Shown here: in pieces, positions 39,286 to 51,482 of the stretch | How the letters are laid out: each line of letters opens with the position of its first letter | How positions within the stretch are numbered: position 1 is the first letter of the stretch | Assembly (NCBI GenBank): GCA_003427395.1 | Contig: BFEA01000026.1 | Location: forward strand, 4,142,404-4,206,403 | Direction: 5' to 3' | Source: Chara braunii | Lineage: Eukaryota; Plantae; Charophyceae | Length of the DNA stretch: 64,000 nucleotides | The notes under the pieces: generated by a model | Databases searched by the model: none | What the model was told of the DNA's origin: nothing | The model's input: the letters and a program-made list of their open reading frames with translations, nothing else | Made by a program: the position numbers and the translations under genes

Positions 39286-39326
<41 letters not shown>

Positions 39327-39392
39327 ATCACCTACCTGCGGCTCCCCTCTCCGAAGGCTCTCCCTGAGGGCTGGACAAAGAATCAAGCACCA

Positions 39393-39509
39393 CCGTCTTC
39401 CCCTCCGAATGAAGCGTATGGTTACTATATGCCTGTATTTGGGGCAACTTTCAGTCTAGATACAGGACTTAATTACTGTAAGTTCTATTCGGGAGCAAAG
39501 AAAAGACGG
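39393..39509. mobile_element. MITE family A copy (degenerate)
   Basis: CCGTCTTC...TTTCAGTCTAGATACAG...AAGACGG. TA flanks are lost. Confidence 0.6.
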
Positions 39510-39594
39510 TCAGCAATTATTACGATATTATCCAGAAAAAAAAAAAAAAAAACAGAGAATCTGGTTTTATACGACTGGCGCCTCCCTGTCGCTG

Positions 39595-39851
39595 GGGCAA
39601 GGTCCTATCAGAGGGATAGAATAGGATTATATGGGCTGAATCTGGACGTCTTTGAGGAGAGGAGCAGTTGTTTAGTATAGACATTTGCTATACTTGTTTT
39701 CGAAAGAGGACTCTATACAAATTCACATTTTTTAAATGCGTGCTTTCAGAAAGAGTCTTAATTGATCTTCTTTTCCGCATCTCTGCATACAACACGTCCA
39801 GATTCAGGCACTTAGACCAACCAACCCTCCTTGCTAGTGGGACATCGCCCC
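39595..39851. mobile_element. MITE family C copy (longer variant)
   Basis: GGGCAAGGTCCTATCAG...GCTGAATCTGGACG...CACGTCCAGATTCAGG...TTGCTAGTGGGACATCGCCC. Confidence 0.65.
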
Positions 39852-40191
39852 CCCCCCCCCACCGGAACTGCCAGCGGGGGTGGCGCCGGTTCAAACTCCC
39901 GTTCGAATAAAGGGGTTTAATAATCACACTAGCTGTACATCAAATGTATCTGACCGCATCTACAGCCCGACCTGGATGCATCTGACCGCAATTACGTCCA
40001 TAAACACGTAAAAAAAGTTGCGAGTGTGAGTATGCCCTGAGATGGATCCGCTTTCGTCGCCATTCATTTTCTAGGCTACCACAGGCCCATGAGCAGGCCT
40101 TTCACTTTTCTTTTATTTTCTTTTATTTTCTTTTATTTTCTTTTATTTTCTTTCATTTTCTTTTATTTTCTTTTTTTTTTAAAAAGCATCA

Positions 40192-40282
40192 TTACACTCA
40201 TCAGCCTTCTGGCTAAGAGCAAGTGTAGTAGTATCTGTTCTGATCAGTGTAATATCTGATCTGTGGTTAATTGGGCCACATT
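40192..40282 (+). pseudogene. U2: 3'-truncated U2 snRNA pseudogene followed by poly(A)
   Basis: TCAGCCTTCTGGCTAAGAGCAAGTGTAGTAGTATCTGTTCTGATCAGTGTAATATCTGATCTGTGG...CCACA matches U2 stem I, branch-site region and stems IIa/IIb. No Sm site; an A-run follows up to an N gap. Confidence 0.85.
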
Positions 40283-41167
40283 AAAAAAAAAAAAAAAAAA
40301 NNNNNNNNNNNNNNNNNNNNNNNNNNNNNNNNNNNNNNNNNNNNNNNNNNNNNNNNNNNNNNNNNNNNNNNNNNNNNNNNNNNNNNNNNNNNNNNNNNNN
40401 NNNNNNNNNNNNNNNNNNNNNNNNNNNNNNNNNNNNNNNNNNNNNNNNNNNNNNNNNNNNNNNNNNNNNNNNNNNNNNNNNNNNNNNNNNNNNNNNNNNN
40501 NNNNNNNNNNNNNNNNNNNNNNNNNNNNNNNNNNNNNNNNNNNNNNNNNNNNNNNNNNNNNNNNNNNNNNNNNNNNNNNNNNNNNNNNNNNNNNNNNNNN
40601 NNNNNNNNNNNNNNNNNNNNNNNNNNNNNNNNNNNNNNNNNNNNNNNNNNNNNNNNNNNNNNNNNNNNNNNNNNNNNNNNNNNNNNNNNNNNNNNNNNNN
40701 NNNNNNNNNNNNNNNNNNNNNNNNNNNNNNNNNNNNNNNNNNNNNNNNNNNNNNNNNNNNNNNNNNNNNNNNNNNNNNNNNNNNNNNNNNNNNNNNNNNN
40801 NNNNNNNNNNNNNNNNNNNNNNNNNNNNNNNNNNNNNNNNNNNNNNNNNNNNNNNNNNNNNNNNNNNNNNNNNNNNNNNNNNNNNNNNNNNNNNNNNNNN
40901 NNNNNNNNNNNNNNNNNNNNNNNNNNNNNNNNNNNNNNNNNNNNNNNNNNNNNNNNNNNNNNNNNNNNNNNNNNNNNNNNNNNNNNNNNNNNNNNNNNNN
41001 NNNNNNNNNNNNNNNNNNNNNNNNNNNNNNNNNNNNNNNNNNNNNCCCCCCCCCCCCCCCCCCCCCCCTTCCAAGGAAACAATAAGGAACTGATGTCTAT
41101 CAAACCTACTTCATCTTCTTCGTGATGTGAGTTAGATAACGCCAAAACATTCAGAACTAAACGGCAA

Positions 41168-41443
41168 TTCAATCCACCAATCAATCAAACAAACAATCAA
41201 TCAATCAATCAAGCGTTTGATTAATCAGTCAACACGAACCCATAAAATGACGGGTTGCAATCGACCAGCACTATCAATCAATAAATCACCCAATCGACCA
41301 ATCAATCGCCCAATCCACCAATCAATCAGCCAATCAATCGATCATACACAATCAATCAATCAACGACCCAATCAATCGATCAATCGGTCAATTAGTCAAT
41401 CACCCAACCAATCAACCAATCACTCAATCACCTACGCAATCCC

Positions 41444-41481
<38 letters not shown>

Positions 41482-41482
41482 C
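41168..41482. repeat. Degenerate (CAAT)n tetranucleotide tract
   Basis: Directly visible. Confidence 0.85.
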
Positions 41483-41998
41483 CCCAATTTTCAAAAGTCC
41501 ACATACAATCACAATTAGCAGAAATTTGTCCTCTGCACCGAATCTGGTCGTGCATAAAAGCCATGCGCATGAACAATGATTGGCGAGAGTTCCGAGTCCT
41601 GTTCTTTTGTCACTACCAATTGCCCCTCCCTCCCTCCCTCTCCCTCTCACCCGGCCGACCCCTTCTCCCTCTTCAACGATAACCCGATCCCTCCCCCCCC
41701 TCACTCTCCCACCTCTACCTTCTTCGATGCCCCATCCCATCTCCAGCCATACCACCTCTCCCATGCATTCTCCTACATCCTCATCCTCATCATCATCATC
41801 ATCGTCATCATCATCCTCATCATCGGCTTCCATAGCCAATCGTTATCAACATCGCCAAGCACAGTGATGACAACAACGAGAACTCCTCTTCTCCACGTTT
41901 TCTTCTTTCCTCCCGCCATCGCTCTACATACACTAGATGAGTAGACACACGCCTACCATCGAGTGTTTCTACCCATCGGACGTTTGCTCTTGCCATCT

Positions 41999-42069
<71 letters not shown>

Positions 42070-42529
42070 ACACGTCGTCTCGTCTTTGCCGCACCTCCTA
42101 GAACCACCATGCATAACCGCTCATAGCGGTCCCCTTGACCCCCCATGCATAGCCGCTCATGGCGGTCCACCCCTAGAACAGGAGAAGGAACAAAAATGAA
42201 GGTAGAAATAAAGATAGAAAGGAAAAAAAAAAAAAAAACACACACACACATTCCACGGCATCCCGTCTTTGCCGCNNNNNNNNNNNNNNNNNTAGAACAA
42301 GAGAACCAAGAGAAGCAACAAACATAAAGGTAGAAATAAAGATAGAAAGAAAAACACACACACATACACACACACATTCCACGGTATCCCGTATTTGCCG
42401 CACCCCCTAGAGTCCTAGACCCCCCATGTATAGCTGCTCATGGCGGTCCACCCATCCTTAAGGAAGAAATAAAGTTAGAAAAAAAAAAAAAAAAATCCAC
42501 GTCACAAGGAGCACACCACAATTCTATAT

Positions 42530-43275
42530 GTCGCTAATCATCGTTCATCATCGCCAATCATCGTTCATCATCATCGCTTAATCATTCATCATCACTTAAT
42601 CATCATCGCTATTCATTATCTGATCATTGCGCTATTCATCATCGCAAATCACTAAGCTATATTCATCATCGCTAATCATTATCGCTTAATCATCATCACT
42701 TCATCATCATCGCTATTCATTAACTGATCATTGCGCTATTCATCATCGCTAATAATTGCGCTATCGATTCATCATCGCTAATCATTGCGCTATCAAATCC
42801 TGCGAGATTACAATCATTCAGATACGGATGATGACGATGATGATTACCTTCTTCCCCCGAATACAACGTACGATCATTATGTCTGTATCTAGACAGAAAG
42901 ATGCCTCAAATACAGCTATAATGACCGTACGTTGTATTTGGGGGAAGAAGGCTAGCGATTGATCTCCATCATCCTTATTCGAAGTTGCCAACCTCAAAGA
43001 ATTCATAGCGCACTGATTAGCCATTCATAGCGCACTGATTAGCCATTAATAGCGCAATGATTAGCCATTCATAGCGCAATGATTAACGAATAATAATGAA
43101 ATGATTAGCGATTCATAGCGCAATAAAAATAGCAATTCATAGCGCAATAAAGATAGCAATTCATCAAAAAAAAAGAAAAAAAAAAAGAAGCAATTCATAG
43201 CGCGATGATTAGCGATTCATAGCACAATAAAAACAGCACTTCATAACGCAATGATTAGCGATTAATAGCGCAATG
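42530..43275. repeat. Foldback-like inverted arrays of a short degenerate repeat
   Basis: Left arm of CGCTAATCATTGCGCTAT-type units (42530-42795), right arm of ATAGCGCAATGATTAGCG-type units (43003-43275). Confidence 0.7.
42847..42951. mobile_element. MITE family A copy
   Basis: TA-CCTTCTTCCCCCGAATAC...GTATTTGGGGGAAGAAGG, 105 bp. Confidence 0.8.
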
Positions 43276-44660
43276 GTTTGCCTCATCTTTATGCTCCTAT
43301 CGAGCATCCATCATTGTCGTCACTATTTCTCTCGTGTCTCTGGCACAATACAGTAAGCATCAGTCAGCAGGACCACCATCATTAAAAAAAAAAGAAAAAA
43401 AAAGGACGTGCATCATAATAATCATCCTTATCGCCCACTATAATCGCCGTGCATCCTCTGCATCAGCACATCATCATCATCATCATCATCATTATCATCA
43501 TCATCATCATATCATCATCATATCATCATCATATCATCATCGCCTGCTACCATCGGCATCACTATTACCTCCATCACTGGCTTCGTCCATAACTAAATAC
43601 CATCCCTTCTTCCTGGACCACATTCCCCTTATTGTGGAGAGCCTCCTCCTCACCTTTTCCTCTTCCTCCTCTTCCTCCTCTTCCTTCCTCCTATTCTCCT
43701 CTTCCTCCTCGTCCTTCTCTTCCTTCCCCCTCCCAATCTTCCTCCCTCGCTTCCTCCTTCCCTTCCTCTTCCTCTCTCTCCTCCTCCCTTTTCTATTCCT
43801 CCTCCTCCTCCTCCTCACCTTTTCCTCCTCTTCCTCCTCTTCCTTCTTCCTATTCCTTCCTCATATTCTCCTCTTCTTCCTCGTCCTTCTCTTCCTTCCC
43901 CCTCCCAATCTTCCTCCCTCCCTTCCTCCTCCCTATCTTCCTCCCGCCCTTCCTCCTCCTCTCTCCTCCCTTTTCTATTCCTCCTCCTCCTCTTTCTCCT
44001 CTCTTTTCTATTCCTCCTCCTCCTCCTCCTCCTCCTCTTCCTGCAACTCCTCCCTGTCCCAATTTTTCTTCACAAAAATAAAGAAAGAATACAAACGGCA
44101 AACTCCTGAACAATCATCTTTATCGTTGAAACGAATCGACGGAGCCAGATAAAAATCAACAACCGCCTCCAAAATCCTCTCTCTGGCTTTCGCGTCCTTC
44201 CTGGACATCCTTGTCCACCGTTGCCGCCAACCTCACCCCTCAACCCCATCACCACAACAGGTCCTCCTCTCGCTCCTACTCCCTTACATGATCTATTCTC
44301 CCCCCCCCCCCTCNNNNNNNNNNNNNNNNNNNNNNNNNNNNNNNNNNNNNNNNNNNNNNNNNNNNNNNNNAGGTAGTAGCTGTCATTGGGACTCAAAAGG
44401 GACACCAAAAAAAAAAAAAAAAACGCAGGCTCACAAAGGATTCAAAAAAAAAAAAGCAAAAACAAGGGCCCTGGTAGTTGCACCACTCGCCATCGCGAAG
44501 ATTTTGGATGCATCTGGACAGATCTGAGTCCAGAGATTGCATTCAAATTGTCGTCGGGGCTATGGCGAGTAGTCCAACCAGGCCCTAGGGGCCACGATTT
44601 TGAATGCATCTGCACATCTGGATGCTTTTCAAAATGTTGCCGCCGGGGGGGGGGGGGGGG

Positions 44661-44706
<46 letters not shown>

Positions 44707-45051
44707 AGTACAAGCGAGTAGGCCCCCTAAGGACCTCTCACCACAAAACGAACCAAAATGTAAACAAAGACATAAAGACAACACGCTCGCTGATATTTCA
44801 AACAAACAAACTTGATGAAATTTCAAAGAAAACAAAAAAAAAAAAGACGGAAAAAAAAACAAAGCTCAAACATATGGGCATGTCATATAAATACGCATAT
44901 TGGAACTTAGCCGCCACTTGAGGGGGCCGGTTTAGGTAGTCAGAGCTTAGCCCCCAATGAGGTGTATTTACTCTTTACTCTACCACCTTGCACATTTGGT
45001 GAACAATGCGGCGAAGGGCCAAATGAGGAGAGAGAGGAGAAGGGTAGGAAA

Positions 45052-45089
45052 CTGTCTCTTATACACATCTAGATGTGTATAAGAGACAG
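45052..45089. other. Nextera mate-pair junction adapter (two inverted Tn5 mosaic ends), assembly artefact
   Basis: Exact CTGTCTCTTATACACATCT+AGATGTGTATAAGAGACAG. Confidence 0.98.
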
Positions 45090-45160
45090 GTGTATGTGTG
45101 TGTGTGTGTGTGTCTGCCCCCCCCAACCACGTCAGTTCCTCCTCTCCTCCATTACCTGAT

Positions 45161-45220
<60 letters not shown>

Positions 45221-45939
45221 CCCCCAATCCATTTAATCCTTTGACCAGGTAAATTAGTTAGATACTTAATGCCGCTACTTAATTGGTCATATGCGAACCG
45301 AAATGGGGAGGGCCAACCGGCCTCCCGCCAAAATCAAGATCATATTGTTTTCTCTTTTTTTCCCAATTTAAAAAAAACGCACATAAGTTGGGGAAACCCT
45401 GAAGCGATTTAGAGGATTGCAGAAGCTTCTTGGACGCGGGTAGAATAGAGATGGACATCTACTGAACCGATATGGACAGGTGTTCTAGTAGAGGCTGCAC
45501 GGGCTCACAGTGCACTACATCAAGCCACGGAGCAATTTACAATTATTTTTTATTATTTTTTAGTTTCGGATAAGATATTAAAGACCGCCGAAAGCATAAA
45601 AAATTAGTCGGGCCCACAGAAAAAAAAAATCGTGCGTCCTGCTCTCAGCTGCGTCCTGCTTGCATCATGTACTCTCTCTCCCCTTGTGTGCTCTCCCTCC
45701 TTGCGTCCTTTCACCTGCGTGCTCCAGCCTAATCTCCTCTCTCATCTGCGTCCTGCTATCTCATCTGCGTCCTGCTCTCTCATCTGCGTCCTGCTCTCTC
45801 ATGCTTGTTGGTCTCACCTGCGTGCTTCGTCCCGTCGAGAGCTTCCACCACCACGGGCCTTGCATTTTTGGCCTTCATGTGCACAGCATATACTGCTCTG
45901 CTCTACCTGCGCGTGCTTCGTCCTGTCCAGCATACACCA

Positions 45940-46220
45940 CCCACGTGTCTTGTTCGTTCCAGTTCCCACCACTGGGGGGTCCTTTGGTAATCTAATCACT
46001 GCCGATATGTGCCAAGGACGGATTAGACACGTGTCTTATTCGTCCACCCACGTGTCTTGTTCGTCCACCCGCGTGTCTTGTTCGTCCACCCACGTGTCTT
46101 GTTCGTCCACCCACGTGTCTTGTTCGTCCACCCACGTGTCTTGTTCGTTCTAGTACCTATCACTGGGGGGTTCCTTTGGTAATCTAATCACTGCCGATAT
46201 GTGCCAAGGACGGATTAGAC
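45940..46220. repeat. 21-bp tandem repeat (CACGTGTCTTGTTCGTCCACC, about 6 copies) between two ~60-bp direct repeats
   Basis: CACTGGGGG..CCTTTGGTAATCTAATCACTGCCGATATGTGCCAAGGACGGATTAGACAC at about 45970 and about 46161. Confidence 0.9.
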
Positions 46221-48496
46221 ACACCACACAGTCGACGCGAACCTTCGGGGCATGCTAATTACTTGAGGAGGCGAGGTGGTTCTAGATCGATCGACACTCT
46301 ACGGGACGAGCAGGCTCATGATTCTCTGCCTGACACATTTGAATCTGTTTTTTTTTTCGCTAATTTGTCATTTTCACCCGTCCAATATTGCGGGTCTTGT
46401 GTAGACAGACTCTCAAATCGGTTGATCTTTGGACAAAATCGGCAATTGGCAATAATATACTAATATACTACTTTTTTGTTAAAAAAAATCATGTGGCTTA
46501 CCCCACCAAGAGATCACGCGCCCAAACTGTTAAATTTACTTGCGTTCAAATCCTCGTCCTTTCTCCTACGTAGCCTCGCTCTGCTGGCTTATATCCGTTT
46601 GGATTCTTGGGGGGCGGGGGGGGGGGGGGCTTAATTGGAAATTCGAGATGACCAATTTGTTTGGTTTTGATGGCTGCCCATTTGAAATTTCATTCGTCCA
46701 AATCGATTGGCAGCTATTCAAAAAAAAAATTAGTATTACCTGATCACATGCAATTTTCTTTTGTTTGTCCCTCTGCCTGTGCGTGGTGTGTGCTCTCTCA
46801 TGCGTCTTTATATGACATGCCCATTTCCTGCATTTGCGCTCGTCTCTCTTCCTCCTCTCTACTCTCTATACGCTATACCTCCCCCCCCCACACCCCTTCT
46901 TAAGGCCTTTTTTTTGCTCTTCGCCACGTGTACTTGCCCGTTTTCCTGCCTCTCCCTGTCCGCCTCCTGCTTCTTTGGCTCTGTAATAACAGATTTTACG
47001 TAAATAATTTAGTGTGGGCCCGCTTCTTGCGTGTCCCTTCCATTTCCACGGGGAGGGTTCAAAGAGTAAGTGCGCACACCATAGATTGATTAGACATTAA
47101 GAAGAGAAAAGGGGGAAAAAAAAAAAAAAAGGGACAATGGAAAAGTAGGCAAGGTACATTCGCTATCGGGGCTTGTACTGAGGGCACACATACTCACGCT
47201 AGGAAACTTTTCGACTCAGCTCCGGACAGGATTGCGGTCAGGTGCATCCAGGTGGACCTGGCCCGTGATTGCGGTCAGATACGTTTAAAAAAAGGTGCTG
47301 GTGGTGTGAGTAATGCCCTGAGATAGGACACTGATCGCCACAGACCAGAGCGTCGGCGGCGTCCGCTTTTCTTTCTTCATGGACACGTTTTCTTCGCTTT
47401 TCCTTTTAAGGAAAAAAAGAAGACACGAAGGCGAAGGGTAGGGGAGCGGAAGGAAGGAGAGCAGGAAGGAAAAGGAAAAGGGACGGGAGGGGAGGAGAGC
47501 CAAGGGGAGGAGAGGAGAGAGGAGGAGACGAGAGGGAGGAGAGGAGGAGGAGAGGCGAGGCGAGGAGGAGAGGGAGGAGAGGGGAGGGGAGGGGAGGGGA
47601 GGGGAAGGCGGAAAGAAAACGATGGAATATTGGGGATTGCCCCGCGGAAAACGACAGTAGAGCAAAGTCAATCTTGTCTTGGTTGATTTCTCAAGACGAC
47701 GGAGAGAAAGGAGGGCGAATAAAAGAAAAAAAGCAACGAATGAGAAAAGGAAAGGAAAAAAAAAAAGGGTATATAATTTTTGAAAAAAAGAAAGGAAACA
47801 ACGGGGAATACAATTTTTTTTTTTAACGAAGACGATCAAGAAAAACAACAGCGAAAACGCGATGATACCCCAACGTTGCAGTCGGATGGATAAGCAGACG
47901 TAATAAGCAGTGGAAGGGAAGGAGGGATGGAGGGAGGGAGAGAGAGGGAGGGAGATGGAGAGTGGAAGGGAGGGAGGGAGGGAGAAAGAGCAAGAGGAAA
48001 AGAGAGAGAGAGAGAGAGGGAGAGAGAGAGGTAATGAACTGATGGACACTAATAGTATTAGGGGAACAACCCTGTTCAGAGAGAAAAAAAAAAAAAAGAG
48101 GAGAGGGGGAAGAGAGGAGAATGAAGGGGAGAAAAGAGGGGGGGGGGGGGGGGAAAGAAAAACGGATTATGAGAGGCGATAGCGGTGGTGAAAGGGAAAC
48201 CCCGAAAAAAATAAAAAGAATAAAAAAAGAATGACCGAGGCAGGAAGCTGTAGTGGTAGGTCGATAGTGAAAGGTGAAATTGAGAGAAGAATATAGCTTA
48301 GTTATAATTCTTTTTTTTTTTTTTAAGTGTCCCAACGGAACTGGAAGAGAGCGGAAAATGTGCACAACGCAAGAGCAGACAGGCAAGTACGAAAATTAAA
48401 CCCAAATTAAAAAAAAGAGAAAAAAAAAAGAAAAAAGAAACGAGAAAGCAAGAGGTTAGTGGACGATGCAAGGCCGTCATGACGACAAGATTTTAT

Positions 48497-48650
48497 TAAA
48501 ATCAAATAAAAACTAAAATCAAATAAAAACTAAAATCAAATAAAAATTAAAATCAAATAAAAACTAAAATCAAATAAAAACTAAAATCAAATAAAAATTA
48601 AAATCAAATAAAAACTAAAATCAAATAAAATTAAAATTAAATAAAAATTA
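48497..48650. repeat. 17-bp AT-rich tandem repeat AAAATCAAATAAAAACT
   Basis: About 9 copies visible. Confidence 0.9.
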
Positions 48651-48767
48651 AAAAAAAAAGCGTCGTAGGTCGTAACTTAAAGACGAGGAACAGAAACGGC
48701 GGGACAAACCAAGGGCAAAAGAAGAAAAGGACGGGGACCAACCAAGGGCAAAAGAAGAAAAGGACCG

Positions 48768-48900
48768 GGGGCCAAGTCCCACTACAAAGCAGCGTTGAGT
48801 TTACTCGACGGCTGAATCTGGATGTGTTTGTCGAGATGTGCAGAAATCGCGTTGAGTTTGCTCAAACGCACATCGCCGCAAACACGTCCAGATTCAGCCC
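48768..48900. mobile_element. MITE family C partial copy
   Basis: GGGCCAAGTCCCACTAC...GGCTGAATCTGGATGTG...CACGTCCAGATTCAGCC. Confidence 0.6.
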
Positions 48901-50677
48901 TTGGCACCGAGACCAATCAAGGGTGAAAGAAGAAAAGCGTCAGCACTCACCAAGGGTAAAATAAGAAAAACAGAGGACCAACCAAGGAAAGGGAGAAGGA
49001 AAAAACGGCAGTGAGGAACGGGAAAGGGTGGAGGCAGAACCGGCTGCAGCACACAACAAGAAAAAGAAGGGAAAAAAAAAAAAAAAAGAGGAGGAGGAGG
49101 ATAAGAAATAGAAGGACGACGACGCAGGACGAGAAGTACAAGAACTAAAACCGAAAGCTTAAATTCATCGCCCCCCGCCCCAATAATAATCATAATAATC
49201 ATAATAATCATAATAATCATAATAATCATTAAAAATAATAATAATAATAATAAAAGAAGTAAAAGAAGTGGAAATTGTTGGGGGACGCAAAGCCGGGGTG
49301 GATAACAGGCAGAGAATGATAAGCAGAGGCTCATAGCTACTACTACGGAGGAGGAGGATGAACCTGGACGAAATTGACGGTCAAGTACTTAGAGACTCGT
49401 AGCTGACCACGAAGACAGACAGAAAAGTACTTAGAAATATTTTCGACAAGCTGCGGACAAGTTCAGGGAAGATATAGAAGAAGGGGGGAAGGGGGGGGGG
49501 GGGGGGGGAAGGGGAAGGAACAGGAAGAGGAGTCGGATGATTAGACGAAGGGCAGAGACTGGGAGGAGGAGGAGGAGGAGGAGGAGGAGGATTAGGAGAA
49601 GGGCAGAGACTGGAGGAGGAGGAGGAGGATTAGAAGAAGGGCAGAGACGAGGAGGAAGAGGAGGAGGCGGAGGAGGGGGAGGAGGAGGAGGGAGAGGAGG
49701 AGGGGGAGGAAAACCAGGTAGGAATGATAGAGCAAAATACAAACCCGCCGGCGTGCCGGCGATTTCCCAAAACATTATTATATTACAGTGGACGTGAGGA
49801 TGGAAAGGCGATAACGAGAGCTTGTAAAGCTATGGGGGAGAAAAGACGGAGGAGGGGGGGATTACTTCGGAGAGGAAGGAGAAAAGGCGAGAGAGTGGAA
49901 AAGGGGAGGAAGAGAGAGGAGGTCTCACACATACATGGGTGTCCTGAGGTGATTGATCTGCGACATTGTCAATGGCTGCCATTCGTACACCCTCAGAGCA
50001 AACCCCCTTCTTCCCTCGTCCCCCTCCCTCTCCCCTCTCCCCTCTCCCTCTCCCTTTCCCCTCCCTCTCCCCCTCCCTCTCCTCTCTCTTTCCCTTCTTG
50101 ACACTGGGCATGCGAATCCCACCAGCCACACACGCACGCTCAGCTGGACCAACATACCCCCACCCACCCGCTGCCCCTCACCGCCCGCATGCGCACGTCC
50201 GCATCCCAGCGTGCTCAAGCTTCCTCCCTCCCACCCGCCGCTCGCCCTACCCTCCCCTCCTCTCCTTCCCTTCCCTTTCCGTCGCGCCGCGGGCCCCCCT
50301 GCTACCTCCTCTTTCCCCCNNNNNNNNNNNNNNNNNNNNNNNNNNNNNNNNNNNNNNNNNNNNNNNNNNNNNNNNNNNNNNNNCCCCCCCCCCCCTCCCC
50401 CCTCCCTCCCTCCCGTCCCGTCGCGCCACGTAGCGCCGCGCTTCCCGCTCGGTCGCATCACACTCCTTCCTTCCTTCCTTCCTTCCCCTCTTCCCTACCC
50501 CGATTCAATCGCTATCGAACCCGACTGGTACCACGCTCACTTCGGCGACGTGTCCCACATCGGGACAACGTGGGACAGGGCGTCAACGTGAATCAACGCC
50601 GCCCCGCTCGCTGCACGTTAGCTGGCTGACTCTTAAACTATCTCACAGTCAATAACCGACTTCAACTGGCAAGCATA

Positions 50678-50860
50678 AAGCTAAGCTAAGCTAAGCTAAG
50701 ATAAGCTAAGCTAGGCTAAGATAGGCTAAGATAAGCTAAGCTAAGGCAGTTGGGGCTAAGATAAGCTAAGCTTTGCTAAGGCAATCGGGGCTAAGCTAAG
50801 CTAAGCTAAGCTAAGGCAATCGGGGCTAAGCTCAGGCAATCGCAGCTAAGGCAAGGCAAA
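50678..50860. repeat. (GCTAA)n pentanucleotide repeat
   Basis: Directly visible. Confidence 0.9.
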
Positions 50861-50943
50861 GCAAGACCTGAGGGGAGGGGGCAAAGGGGCAAAGGGGCAG
50901 AGGCAGCGGAAAGGAGAGGAACGCAGACACAACGTTAGACCGC

Positions 50944-51208
50944 GGGCAAGGTCCCACTTGCACGGATTAAGAGATTCTATTTTGTTTCTTCTTTCCACTT
51001 GGATTAAGAGATTCTGGCCGTTGATATTTGCTATATCTACGGTCAATATCGCTTAATTCGTGTAAGTGGGACCTACCTTCTTCCCCCCGAATACAACGTA
51101 CGGTCATTATAGCTGTATTTGGGGATCTTTCAGTCTAAATACAGCTATAATGACCGTAAAATACAGCTATAATGACCGTACGTTGTATTCGGGGGAAGAA
51201 GGTAGCCC
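50944..51208. mobile_element. Family C-related MITE with a family A MITE (51076-51202) nested in its right TIR
   Basis: GGGCAAGGTCCCACTTGCACG...CGTGTAAGTGGGACC-TA[MITE A]TA-GCCC. An uninterrupted relative lies at 54296-54393. Confidence 0.8.
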
Positions 51209-51317
51209 CTGGAAGCACCGCACCCAGCCCCGCAAACACAACATTACAAGCACAACATTACAGCAGGTAAAAATTAAAAATAAATAAATAAATAAATAAA
51301 TAAAAACATTACAGCAG

Positions 51318-51482
51318 GGGCCAAGTCCCACTGGCAACGTTGAGCTACCTCAACGCCCGAATGCGGACGTGTTTTGTGGAGACGTGCAGTTCAGGAAACT
51401 CAACACCATTTCTGCACATCTCCGCAGACGCGTCCAGATTCAGACGTTGAGGTAGCTCAACGCTGCTAGTGGGACTTGGCCC
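51318..51482. mobile_element. MITE family C copy, near-perfect hairpin
   Basis: CAG-GGGCCAAGTCCCACTGGCAACGTTGAGCTACCTCAACG...CGTTGAGGTAGCTCAACGCTGCTAGTGGGACTTGGCCC-CAG. Confidence 0.85.

Noticed and set aside
40244-41184. Long ORFs spanning N runs (also 5685-6997 and 51345-52436)
   Set aside because: Their length comes from untranslatable N gaps.
45052-45089. Natural Tn5/IS50 insertion or horizontal transfer
   Set aside because: Matches the synthetic mosaic-end junction adapter exactly, with no transposase nearby.
50678-50860. (GCTAA)n or TTTAGGA motifs (4295-4390, 5565-5700) as interstitial telomere
   Set aside because: Not the TTTAGGG/TTAGGG repeat; better explained as a microsatellite and as transposon subterminal motifs.
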